64,000 nucleotides of DNA, from NCBI GenBank assembly GCA_044223005.1, contig JBGAML010000012.1:88392-152391 (forward strand), given 5' to 3'. Positions 8,262-18,100 of this stretch are shown here, one piece after another (the stretch's first letter is position 1; each line of letters opens with the position of its first letter). The DNA comes from Candidatus Eiseniibacteriota bacterium (GTDB lineage Bacteria; Eisenbacteria; RBG-16-71-46). The notes beneath the pieces were generated by a model that was not told where the DNA came from, ran no database searches, and saw only the letters and a program-made list of their open reading frames with translations. Made by a program: the position numbers and the translations under genes.

Positions 8262-11200
8262 TCAGGCCGGCGTGACCTCCACCACGTCCGCCACCGCCGC
8301 CACGGGCTCGTCCGCCTCGATCGGGCGGTGCACCTTGGCGACCAGCGTGTAGACGGCCGGCACGACGAAGAGCGTGAACGCCGTGCCGATGATCATGCCG
8401 CTCACCAGCGTGATGCCGATGCTGTTGCGCGCGCCGGCGCCCGGACCGTGGGCGAAGATCAGCGGCAGGTGGCCGAACACCGTGGCCGCCGTCGTCATGA
8501 GGATCGGCCGCAACCGGGTCCCGGCCGCCTCGATCACCGCCCTCGCCTTGTCGTAGCCCCGCATCTGGAGCTGGTTGGCGAACTCCACGATCAGGATGCC
8601 GTTCTTCGCCACCAGCCCGACCAGCGTGATCAGGCCGACCTGGCTGTAGATGTTGATCGACGTGAAGCCGAGGAACGTGAAGAGCAGCGCGCCCGAGAGC
8701 GCCAGCGGCGCCGACCCCGTCATGATGACGAACGGATCCCGGAAGCTCTCGAACTGCGCGGCGAGCACGAGCCCGATGAGCAGCGCCGAGAGCAGGAAGA
8801 CCGCGAGGAACTTGCTGCCTTCGGTCCGCAGCTGCCGCGATTCGCCGGCGTAGTCGATCGTGAAGCCGCGCGGCAGCGACTTGCGCGCTTCGCCCTCGAG
8901 GAACCCGAGCGCCTTGTCGAGCGAGACGCCCGGCGGGATGACCGCCTGGATGCGCACGGCGTTCAGCTGCTGGAAGCGCTTGAGCTCGCGCGGCTCGGTG
9001 GTCGTGCGCATCGACGCGAACGTGGACAGCGGCACCAGCGTGCCGTTCGGGCCGCTCACGTAGATCGACTGCAACTGGTCGGGCGTGAGCCGCTCGGCGC
9101 GCTCGACCTGCGGAATCACCTTGTAGCTGCGCCCCTGGATGCTGAACCGGTTGACGAAGTTGCCGCCGAGCAGCGCCGACAGGTCCTGGCCCGCGCGGCT
9201 CAGGTCCACGCCGAGCGAGCGCACCTTGTCCCGGTCGAACACCACCTCCGCCTGCGGCTGGTCGAACTTGAGGTCGGTGTCGACGAACATGAACATGCCG
9301 CTCTTGTACGCCTTGCCGACCAGGTCGCCGGCGATCGCCGCGAGCTGCTGCGGTTCGGCCGTGGACATGATCACGAGGTCGACCGGGAAGCTGCCGCCGC
9401 CCGGGAGCGCCGGCGGCACCAGCGAGATCGTCCGGATACCGGGGATCTTCGACACCGCCCCCGCCACCTGCACCTGCAGCTCGGCGGTGCTGCGCTTCCG
9501 CTCCGCCCACGGCTTGGTCACCATGCCCGCGAAACCGCCGCTCGGGTTGGTGATCTGAAAGACGTTCTTCGTCTCGGGGAACGACTGGTACACCTTCGTG
9601 ACCTGTGACGCGAACATGTGCGTCTGGTCCAGCGTGGCGTTGGGCGCCGCCTGCACGATGCCGAACACGATGCTCTGGTCCTCGCCCGGCGCGAGCTCGC
9701 GCTGCGAGAACATGTAGAACGGCACCGCGAGCAGCACGACGATCGCCCACAGCACGAGCATCACCGAACGCTGGCGCAGCGTGCCCTGGAGCATCTCGAC
9801 GTACTTGCCGCGCAGGCGCTCGAACTGCCGGTTGATGTGTCCCGCGAACCCGCGCTCGCTGTCCCCCGCACGCAGCAGCCGGGAGCCCATCATGGGCGAC
9901 AGCGTGAGGGCCACGACGCCCGAGACCAGCACCGCGCCCGCGAGCGTGAACGCGAACTCGCGGAACAACGCGCCGGTCAGGCCGCCCTGGATGCCGAGCG
10001 GCGTGTACACGGCCGCGAGCGTGATCGTCATCGCGATGATCGGCCCGGTCAGCTCGCGCGCGGCCAGGATCGCCGCACGGAACGGAGGTTGCCCTTCGTG
10101 CACGTGGCGTTCGATGTTCTCGACCATGACGATCGCGTCGTCCACGACGAGGCCGACCGACAACACGATCGCGAGCAGCGTGAGCAGGTTGATCGTGAAC
10201 CCGGACGCCTGCATCAGGAACACGGCGCCGATCAGCGAGATCGGGATCGCGATCACCGGGATCACGAGGCCGCGCACCGAACCGAGGAACAGGAAGATCA
10301 CCAGGATCACGATCAGCAGCGTCTCGGTGAGGGTCTTCAGCACCTCGTGGATCGCGTCCTGGATGTAGACCGTCGAGTCGTACGGGATGCCGGCGGTCAT
10401 GCCGACGGGCAGCTGCGCCTGGATGTCCTTCATCTCCTCGCGGACGCGCCCGATCACCTCGAGGGAGTTCGCCGTCGGCAGCACCCAGACACCCATGAAC
10501 GTGGCGTTCTGGCCGTTGAACCGCACGTCCGTGTTGTAGTCCTCCGCGCCGAGCTGCACATCGGCCACGTCGCCCAGCCGGACGATGTCGCCGTCGGCGG
10601 TCTTCACGACCAGCCGACGGAAGTCCTCGGGCGTCTTGAGGTCGGTGTTGGCGACCAGGTTGACCGACGTCATCGTGCCCTTGGTGGCGCCGAGGGCCGA
10701 GAGGTAGTTGTTCCGCGACAGCGCCGACCACACGTCGGAGGGCGCGAGGCCGTGCGCGGCCATGCGCTCGGACTTGAGCCAGATGCGCATCGCGAACGTG
10801 CGGCCGCCGAGGATGTCGGCGCGCTGCACGCCGCTCACGGCGCTCAGCCGCGGCTGCACGACGCGCGTGAGGTAATCCGTGATCTGGTTCGGGTCCAGGT
10901 CCTTGGACGCGAACCCGAGGTACATGGCGGCGAACTGCGCGTCCGCGGTCTCCACCTGGATCACCGGCGCCTGCGCCTCGGGCGGCAGGTCGTTGCGGAC
11001 CTGCGCGACCTTGGCCTGGATCTGGGTCAGCGCCGCGTTGGTGTCGTAGTTGAGCTTCAGGTGCACCGTGATGTTGCTGATGCCCTGCGAGCTCGAGGAT
11101 TCCATGTAGTCGATGCCGTCGGCGCTGGCGATCACGCGCTCGAGCGGCGAGGTGATGAAGCCCCGCACGAGGTCGGCGTTGGCGCCCACGTACGCGGTCG

Positions 11201-11342
11201 TGACGTTCACCACGGCGATGTCCGTGCGTGGGAACTGGCGCACGCTGAGCGAGCGGATCGACTGCAGCCCCGCGATCAGGATGACGAGGTTGACGCAGAT
11301 CGCGAGGACCGGCCGCTTGACGAAGAGGTCGGTGAACTTCAT
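8262..11342 (-). CDS. RND efflux permease (AcrB/MexI-MexW-like, HAE1 family)
   Basis: 1026 aa. Motifs FVKRPV, GLVVDDAIVMVEN, GLVAKNGILIVEFAN and RLRPILMTT. Confidence 0.95.
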   Translation of the reverse strand: MKFTDLFVKRPVLAICVNLVILIAGLQSIRSLSVRQFPRTDIAVVNVTTAYVGANADLVRGFITSPLERVIASADGIDYMESSSSQGISNITVHLKLNYDTNAALTQIQAKVAQVRNDLPPEAQAPVIQVETADAQFAAMYLGFASKDLDPNQITDYLTRVVQPRLSAVSGVQRADILGGRTFAMRIWLKSERMAAHGLAPSDVWSALSRNNYLSALGATKGTMTSVNLVANTDLKTPEDFRRLVVKTADGDIVRLGDVADVQLGAEDYNTDVRFNGQNATFMGVWVLPTANSLEVIGRVREEMKDIQAQLPVGMTAGIPYDSTVYIQDAIHEVLKTLTETLLIVILVIFLFLGSVRGLVIPVIAIPISLIGAVFLMQASGFTINLLTLLAIVLSVGLVVDDAIVMVENIERHVHEGQPPFRAAILAARELTGPIIAMTITLAAVYTPLGIQGGLTGALFREFAFTLAGAVLVSGVVALTLSPMMGSRLLRAGDSERGFAGHINRQFERLRGKYVEMLQGTLRQRSVMLVLWAIVVLLAVPFYMFSQRELAPGEDQSIVFGIVQAAPNATLDQTHMFASQVTKVYQSFPETKNVFQITNPSGGFAGMVTKPWAERKRSTAELQVQVAGAVSKIPGIRTISLVPPALPGGGSFPVDLVIMSTAEPQQLAAIAGDLVGKAYKSGMFMFVDTDLKFDQPQAEVVFDRDKVRSLGVDLSRAGQDLSALLGGNFVNRFSIQGRSYKVIPQVERAERLTPDQLQSIYVSGPNGTLVPLSTFASMRTTTEPRELKRFQQLNAVRIQAVIPPGVSLDKALGFLEGEARKSLPRGFTIDYAGESRQLRTEGSKFLAVFLLSALLIGLVLAAQFESFRDPFVIMTGSAPLALSGALLFTFLGFTSINIYSQVGLITLVGLVAKNGILIVEFANQLQMRGYDKARAVIEAAGTRLRPILMTTAATVFGHLPLIFAHGPGAGARNSIGITLVSGMIIGTAFTLFVVPAVYTLVAKVHRPIEADEPVAAVADVVEVTPA

Positions 11343-12469
11343 CAGCTGTTCTCAGGTCTCGGCGAGGCGCTGGCCGAGGGCTGCACGGTGTTGTCGACGA
11401 GGACGGCGGCGCCGGAGCGCAGCTTGAAGACGCCCGAGGTCACGACCTCCTGGCCCGGCTTCACGCCGTCGAGCACGGCGACGAGGTCGCCCTGCGCGGC
11501 GCCCAGCTTCACGAACTGCTGGCGCACGCCGCGGTAGGCCTTGCCGTCGGGCCCCTTCATCGACTCGACGACGAAGACCGAGTTGCCGTAGGGCGCGTAG
11601 TTGATCGCCGAGAGCGGCAGGGCGACGACCGCGTCGTGCTGCCCCAGGCCGACCGAGACCGAGACGTACATGCCCGGGCGGAAGCGGCCGTGGACGTTGT
11701 CGAACGTGGCCTGGACCTGCACGTTGCGCGTCGCGTCGTCCACCACCGGGTTGATCGCGGTGATGCGGCCCTGCACGTGCCCGGCCGCCCCGCTGTCGGC
11801 AGTGGCGCGCACGGGATCGCCCACGTGCAGCAGCGCCACCTGCTGCTGCGGCACCGCGAAGTCCACATAGACCTGGCTCGTCGACTGCAGCGGCACGATC
11901 GGGTCGCCACTGTTCACGTACTGCCCGACGTTGACGCGGCGGATGCCCGTGGTGCCGGAGAATGGCGCGCGGATCGTCTTGCGGTCGATGCTCGCCTCGG
12001 TCAGGTGCACGGCGGCCTCGGCCTGCTTGTACAGCGCCGCGACCTGGTCGAACTCGGCCTGCGCGATCACCTGCTGCTCGAGCAGCCGGCGCGACCGGTC
12101 GAGGTTCGTCTTCGCGAGGTCGCGCTGCGCCTCGGCCGAGGCGAGCTGCGCGCGCTCCTGGCGCGCGTCGAGCGTCACCAGCACCGCTCCGGCGGCCACG
12201 CGGGCGCCCGACTCGAACGCGATGCGCTCGACCACGCCCGGCAGGTCGGCCGACAGCGTGACGCCGCGGATCGGCGCGACGCTGCCGACGGCGTCGATCG
12301 TCGCCTGCCACGACTGCTGCTTCGCCGTGATGGTCGTCACGGCTTCCGGCGGCGGCGCCCACGACTTGCCCGCGGCGATCGCGGTCTTGATCTGCTGGAA
12401 CTTCACGAAGCCGACGATCGCGACGAAGACTCCGACGATCGCCAGCATCTGGACCATGCGCTTGTTCAT
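11342..12469 (-). CDS. RND efflux periplasmic adaptor (membrane fusion protein)
   Basis: N-terminal membrane anchor, lipoyl/hairpin motifs, IRAPFSG, RPGMYV and GQEVVTSG. Overlaps the permease start (TGATG). Confidence 0.93.
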   Translation of the reverse strand: MNKRMVQMLAIVGVFVAIVGFVKFQQIKTAIAAGKSWAPPPEAVTTITAKQQSWQATIDAVGSVAPIRGVTLSADLPGVVERIAFESGARVAAGAVLVTLDARQERAQLASAEAQRDLAKTNLDRSRRLLEQQVIAQAEFDQVAALYKQAEAAVHLTEASIDRKTIRAPFSGTTGIRRVNVGQYVNSGDPIVPLQSTSQVYVDFAVPQQQVALLHVGDPVRATADSGAAGHVQGRITAINPVVDDATRNVQVQATFDNVHGRFRPGMYVSVSVGLGQHDAVVALPLSAINYAPYGNSVFVVESMKGPDGKAYRGVRQQFVKLGAAQGDLVAVLDGVKPGQEVVTSGVFKLRSGAAVLVDNTVQPSASASPRPENS

Positions 12470-12871
12470 CCGGTGAGACCCCTCGGCGTGCGGCGGGTTG
12501 AACGGAGGTGGATGGAGACCCCGCGCCGGCGACGACGGGCGCTCGCGACACGGCCGAACTCGCGGGGGCGCGACGCCGTGGAGTGGTCCGGGAGCGCTGG
12601 ACGGGGGCGGGATCGGCTTGGATGCGTCGAAACGCCAAGGGATTCCGGTCCCCTCGGGCCCCTGGCCGGCAACCGACCGGCGCGGCTACCAGCCCCTGCG
12701 AACGCAGTCGCGCGGGCGGAGAAGCGCGATGCCGCGCCCACGAAATCGGGCGCGGCACCGGCAGGCGCCGAGGGGGTTGGCGCCCGGGGGAAGGCAAGGG
12801 TGCCGGCATCCGCGGCGTGGAGTCCCCCGATTCGCACACCACGGAACTGCCGCCGGCACCCCAGTCGCAAC

Positions 12872-14458
12872 TCAGCCGGTCACGTCGGGACTCCTGCCGC
12901 CCCGGCGGGCGGACAGCACCTCGAAGAGCCTCTCGAGGAGCGCCGAGGGCCGGAACGGCTTGGGCAGGACGCGCACGTGCTGCAGGGGCGGCTCGCCGTC
13001 CACCGACTGCAGGGCCGCGTCCCCGGAGAGGAACAGCACGCCGATGTCCGGCCGCTGGCTGGCGCAGCGGCGGGAAAGCGAGACGCCGTCGAGCCCGGGC
13101 AGTTCGGCGTCGGCGACGAGCACGTCGATCGGGCCACCGTGGCGCTCGGCCAGTTCCGCCGCGCGCGCGCCGTCGGATTCCTCGAGCACGTGGTAGCGGT
13201 TGCGCCGGAGCACGCGCCGCGCGAGCCGCCGCACCTGCTCGTCCTCGATCGCGAGCAGGATCGTCTCGGAGTGCCCCGGTGCCGGCTCCGCGGCCGGCAG
13301 GCGCACGGACACGCGCGGCGTCGCGCGCGTTCCCGGCAGGTAGAGCCGGAACGTGGTCCCCTGCCCCGCCGTACTCTCGACGCCGATGTACCCGCCGTGC
13401 TGCTTCACGATGCCGTACACGGTCGAGAGCCCGAGGCCCGTGCCGCGGCCGTCGGACTTGGTCGTGAAGAACGGCTCGAAGATGCGCTGCTGCGTGTCGG
13501 CGTCCATGCCGCAGCCGTCGTCGGACACCTGCAGCACGACGTGCCGGCCACGCCGCGAACCGACGTGGCCCGACACGAACGTCGCGTCGAGCTCGACGAC
13601 GTCGGTCGAGACGACCAGGTTGCCGCCCTCCGGCATCGCGTCGCGCGCGTTGAGCACGAGGTTCATGATCACCTGCTCGAGCTGGCCCCGGTCCGCACGC
13701 ACCGCGGCGACGCCGGGCCGCGTCTGCAGCTGCAGGCGCACGCTGCGCCCGACCATGCGGCGGAGCATCGGCTCCGTCTCGATCAGCACCTGGTTCAGGT
13801 CCAGGACCCCGACTTCGATCACCTGCCCGCGGCTGAACGCGAGCAGCTGCCGCGTGAGGTTGGCCCCGCGCTGGGCGGCCTTGCGGACTTCGTCGGCCTC
13901 GAGCCAGCGCGGATCGGAAGGCGGCAGGCTGTCGAGCAGGAACCCGTTGTAGCCGAGGATCACGGTCAGCAGGTTGTTGAAGTCGTGCGCCACGCTGCTC
14001 GCCAGCCGCCCGAGCGCCTCGAGGCGGTGCCGGCCGCGCGTGCGCGCCTCGAGCGCGCGCTGCGTGCTGACGTCGCGCACGTGCGTCAGGGCGCCCGTCG
14101 GCTCGAGCCGCGTGCCGTCGTAGAGCGGTGCGGCCCGCAGTTCCAGCCAGCGGGGTTCGCCGTCGTCGCCGCTCACGCGGCAGATCACCGGACCCGCCGG
14201 CCGGCGGTCGCGCAGGGCCTCGCGCGCGGGTTCGCGCTCGACGAGCCAGGGCAGGCCGAACTCGTCACGTGCCCGCGCGTGCGCGAGCAACGACGAGCGG
14301 CCGGCGAGCTCGTGCTCGCCGGCGCGGAGGAGACGTTCCGCGCCCCGGTCGCACGAAACGACGGCGCCGGTGCGGTCGTGGATGACCGCACCGCCGTCGC
14401 TCAGCGCGAGCAGGGCCTGGACCTCGGGTGTTTCGAAGCCTGTCTGCCGGGGGGACAT
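12872..14458 (-). CDS. Cytoplasmic hybrid sensor histidine kinase (PAS-HisKA-HATPase-REC, CckA-like)
   Basis: H-box VAHDFNNLLTVI, N-box QVIMNLVLNARDAM, G/F boxes DDGCGM, FEPFFTTK and GTGLGL. Receiver domain with VLVAD and LPKPF. Start approximate. Confidence 0.9.
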   Translation of the reverse strand: MSPRQTGFETPEVQALLALSDGGAVIHDRTGAVVSCDRGAERLLRAGEHELAGRSSLLAHARARDEFGLPWLVEREPAREALRDRRPAGPVICRVSGDDGEPRWLELRAAPLYDGTRLEPTGALTHVRDVSTQRALEARTRGRHRLEALGRLASSVAHDFNNLLTVILGYNGFLLDSLPPSDPRWLEADEVRKAAQRGANLTRQLLAFSRGQVIEVGVLDLNQVLIETEPMLRRMVGRSVRLQLQTRPGVAAVRADRGQLEQVIMNLVLNARDAMPEGGNLVVSTDVVELDATFVSGHVGSRRGRHVVLQVSDDGCGMDADTQQRIFEPFFTTKSDGRGTGLGLSTVYGIVKQHGGYIGVESTAGQGTTFRLYLPGTRATPRVSVRLPAAEPAPGHSETILLAIEDEQVRRLARRVLRRNRYHVLEESDGARAAELAERHGGPIDVLVADAELPGLDGVSLSRRCASQRPDIGVLFLSGDAALQSVDGEPPLQHVRVLPKPFRPSALLERLFEVLSARRGGRSPDVTG

Positions 14459-14516
14459 CCGGCCTCTCGAGGGGAGTGGCGCTCCCGCGAACGGGAGCGT
14501 CGGGTGAACTGCGAAC

Positions 14517-14849
14517 TCAGCGACGGCGGATGGCGGCCGTGTTCGCGCGGCGCACGATCGCGGAGTTGGCACCGGCGCCGATCCACGTGCGCTCGAGCGC
14601 GGGCAGGGTGTACTGCGCGAGCCACTGCGAGGCGCCCAGCGTCACGAGCGCGCCGGCGCCGTCGATGTCGAAGCGGATCGGCAGCGTGACGGCGGACGTC
14701 GTGGGCGCGGTCGGGACGGTGGCGACGTGCGGCTGGGTGACGCCGGTGCCCGCCTGCCAATCCGGGTACGTCTGGGCGGAAGCAGGAGTCAGGCAGGCCA
14801 AGAGGGCGGTGCAGGCGACGGCGGCGACGAGCGCGAGAAGCTTCTTCAT
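14517..14849 (-). CDS. Orphan small secreted protein (110 aa)
   Basis: GAGGAGG RBS, signal peptide MKKLLALVAAVACTALLACLTPASA, basic C-terminus. Confidence 0.75.
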   Translation of the reverse strand: MKKLLALVAAVACTALLACLTPASAQTYPDWQAGTGVTQPHVATVPTAPTTSAVTLPIRFDIDGAGALVTLGASQWLAQYTLPALERTWIGAGANSAIVRRANTAAIRRR

Positions 14850-14909
14850 GGCGGCCTCCTCGGAGGATGGATTTGAGGTCTCGTGGTTGACGTGGCTGGA
14901 CAACGTCAT

Positions 14910-14926
14910 GGCGAGACTCGTGCCGT
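14910..14926 (-). promoter_or_regulatory. Putative sigma54 promoter (ACGGCACGAGTCTCGCC)
   Basis: GG-N10-GC with a GGCACG -24 element and an imperfect -12 (CTCGC). About 60 nt before the small-protein start. An AT-rich tract and palindromes lie upstream. Confidence 0.55.
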
Positions 14927-15024
14927 CCGCGGGGCCGCAGCGCATGAAACACGCAAGATGTTTTATGTCATCGCGTTATAGCTCTAGATCTGGCAGTGTT
15001 TTCGGTCGGTTCACGAGAGCGAAC

Positions 15025-15128
15025 TCGCCGAAATCGGCGAGTTGCGCCCGCGCGTTTCAAACAACTCTTTTGTTTTCATGCGGATACTCGACTATCGCTG
15101 CTTTCGGCGAGTTCGCCGATTTCTGCGA
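15025..15128. promoter_or_regulatory. Three copies of palindrome TCGCCGAAATCGGCGA (putative enhancer/UAS)
   Basis: 15025-15040 is exact. 15095-15110 has 2 mismatches and 15113-15128 has 1 mismatch, both read on the minus strand. Confidence 0.65.
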
Positions 15129-18100
15129 GCGTCCTCGAGTGTGTACTTGCGAAGTCGATAGCGCAGGGACTGTTCCGTCAATCCGAGATCGCGTGCCGCC
15201 TGCGACTGGTTCCCCTCGGCCCGCTGCAGCGCCTCCTGGACGAGGCGGCGTTCGATGTCTCCCATCACGTCGGCGAGCGAGCGTCCGTGCGTGATCCGCA
15301 CCCGGGTGCGCTGCTCCTCGAGGTCGCCGGGCAGCGGCCGCGGGAGCAACGTGTCGCCCGGGGTCATGGCCATGATGCGCTCGATGTACGCCTGCAGCTC
15401 GCGCACATTGCCCGGCCAGTCGCTCTGCATGAGCGCGGCGATGAACTCCGGGCTCGGCTGTGGAACCGCGCGCTCCTGCTGCTTGGCGATCTGGGCGATG
15501 AAGTACTGCGCCATCTGCGGGATGTCCGACTTGCGGGCGCGCAGGGCGGGCATCTCGATCGGGATCACGTTGAGCCGGAAGTAGAGATCCTGGCGGAACG
15601 ACCCGTCCTCGACACTGCGGCGCAGGTCGCAGTTGGTGGCTGCGATGACGCGCACGTCCACCGGAATCGGCTTGCCACCACCGACCGGCGTGACCTCGCG
15701 GTTCGCGAGCACCGACAGCAGCGCCACCTGCTGCTTGGGCGGCATCTCGCCGATCTCGTCCAGGAACAGCGTGCCGCCGTTCGCCTGCACGAACCGACCG
15801 TCGCGGCGGCGCACGCCCGTGGCCACGTCGTCGAGAATGCCGAAGAGCTCGCTTTCCAGCAGGCCCTCGGGAATCGCGCCGCAGTTGACCGCGACGAACG
15901 GGGCTTCGTGGCGGCGGCCGCTGTGATGCAGCGTCCTCGCCACGAGTTCCTTGCCCGTGCCGTTCTCGCCGGTGATGAGCACGGTCGCATTGGTCTGCGC
16001 CGCGCGCTCGACCACGGCCAGCACTCGCTGCATCGCGGTGCTCGTGCCGATGAAGTTGTGCGGCTGGAATCGCGCCCGTGCCTCGCGGCGCAGCTCGAGG
16101 TTCTCGCCGACCAGCCGCTCGTTGGCGCGCACGACCTCCTGGTGCCCGAGACTGCGCTCGATCGCGACCGACATCAGGTGCGCGAAGCCCTCGAGCAGCC
16201 CGCGGTCGTCGGGCGTGAACGCGTCGGCCCGGCGCGAATCGTCCACGTAGACGGCCCCGACCACCTTGCCGTCGCGGAAGAACGGCACGCAGAGGATCGA
16301 GCGCAGGCCCAGGTCCACCATCGACTCGGACAGCAGGTCGGGATTCGTCGGCGCGTCGGTGATGAGCAGGCTGCCGCCGCTGCGATGCACGCGCTCGACG
16401 ACGCGGTGGCTGTAGCTCGCCGCCTGGTCGCGCGTGGCGGCGTCGATCGCGCCGTGTTCGGTCATCGGCGTGTACTTGCCGGTCTTCGCGTCCTGCAGCA
16501 GCAGCACGCCGCGTTCGGCGTCGAGATGCTCGACGGCCATCTGCATCGAGCGCTTGGCGAGCGCCTGCACGTCCGACAGCGAATCGAGCAGGTGGCTCAC
16601 GGACTTGAGCAGGTCGCGCTCGTGCGCCACCGTCGACGCGGGCAGGCGCGTGCGGTGCAGCCACTCCACCGTGAGCGCCAGGGCGCGCTCGCGCCCGCGA
16701 TGGTCGCCCAGGCGCTCGAACGCTCCCGCCGCCTCCTCGAGCCACTCGGCCACCGGCGCATCCACGCCGGCCGGCGCCGCGAACGAGAGCTTGGCGAACT
16801 CCAGCGCGGCCTGCGCGCGATCCGCGACCGCGGGCAGCGCGTCGAGGGCCTGCAGCGCCGTGCGCGCGTTGTCGAGCCCGTCCTCCCAGCGGCCCTGGAC
16901 CAGCGCGCGCTCCGCGAGCAGTTGCGTCACGTGCGCCGCGGCGTACGGCGTCGTCCGCTCCGAAAGCTCGGTCGTCGCCCGCGCGAGCCGCGCGTCTGCG
17001 ACGCCGAACTCGCGCTCGCGCAGCGCCGCTCGCCCCGAGATCGACGCCAGCACGATCGAGGCGATCGGATCTCCCATGCGTTCCTGCGCGAGCGCGTGCG
17101 CGGCGACTTCGCCCGCCTCCTTCCACCGGTTGGCCTGCGCGCACGCCTTGGCGAACTCCACGCGGCTCCAGTCCGCCTCCCACGGAATGCCCGCGCGCGT
17201 GGCCCGCGCGAGCGCCCGAGTCGCGGCACGCTCGGCCTCGCGCGTCCGCCCGGCGACGCGGTAGCCCGTGGCCAGCACGCGGCACGCGAACGGCACGTGG
17301 CGAGGTGCGTGCTCCCGCGTGAGGCGGAGTGCCGCGCGTGCCCGGCGCGTGGCACGCGTCGTGCGGCCGCTGAGCGCGTCGAGCAGCGCGAGGTTGCCGA
17401 GCAGCGAAGCCACGATGGGCGCGCGGCCGTCCTCGATCGAACTGCGGAGCGACCGCTCGAACATCTCCGCCGCCTCGCTCCATCGCCCGGCGTTGGTGAG
17501 AAGCACGGCGAGGTTGCTCCGCAGTTCCTCGGAGACCACCCGCAACCCCGCGCCTTCGGCCACGTCGAGTGCCTGCCGGAAGCGCTTCTCGGCCTCGGGC
17601 AGGTGCCCGCCGACGCCCGCGATCGAGGCGCGAAGTCCGAGCGCCCGGGTACGTCCCATGGTGATGCCCGCGCGGGCGAAGGCTTCCTCGGCGCGGATCG
17701 CGTGGTGTTCGGCGAGCGTGCGATCGCCCATCGTCATCACGACCACGCCGACGGAGAGCGTCGCGTAGCCGAGCGCCTCGTCGTCGCGGGCCTCGTGCGC
17801 GGAGGCGACGGCCCGGTGCGCGAGGTCGAGCGCTTCGGCGCCGCGTCCGTGCGCCTGCAGTCGCGCCGACTCGTTGCATTCGAGCAGCGAGCGTTCGCGC
17901 GCGTCGGGGCCCTCGGCGAGCGCGCGCGCGAGCAGGGGTTCGAGCTCGGCGAGCCGCCCGACGCGGAGGTAGACGACCGACAGCCGCCGCATCCGCCGGA
18001 AGCGCTCCGGCGCTCCGGGCTCGCGCTCGAGCGAACGTTCGAGGAACGGCACGGCCTCCGCATGATGCCCGACCTCGATCAGCATCTCGCCCGCGCGTTC

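Noticed and set aside
8262..12469. RND pump lacking an outer-membrane factor as a novelty
   Set aside because: Common arrangement, since TolC-like channels are often encoded elsewhere.
15025..15128. Palindromic repeats as a CRISPR array
   Set aside because: Only 16 bp, irregularly spaced, with no spacer periodicity and no cas genes.
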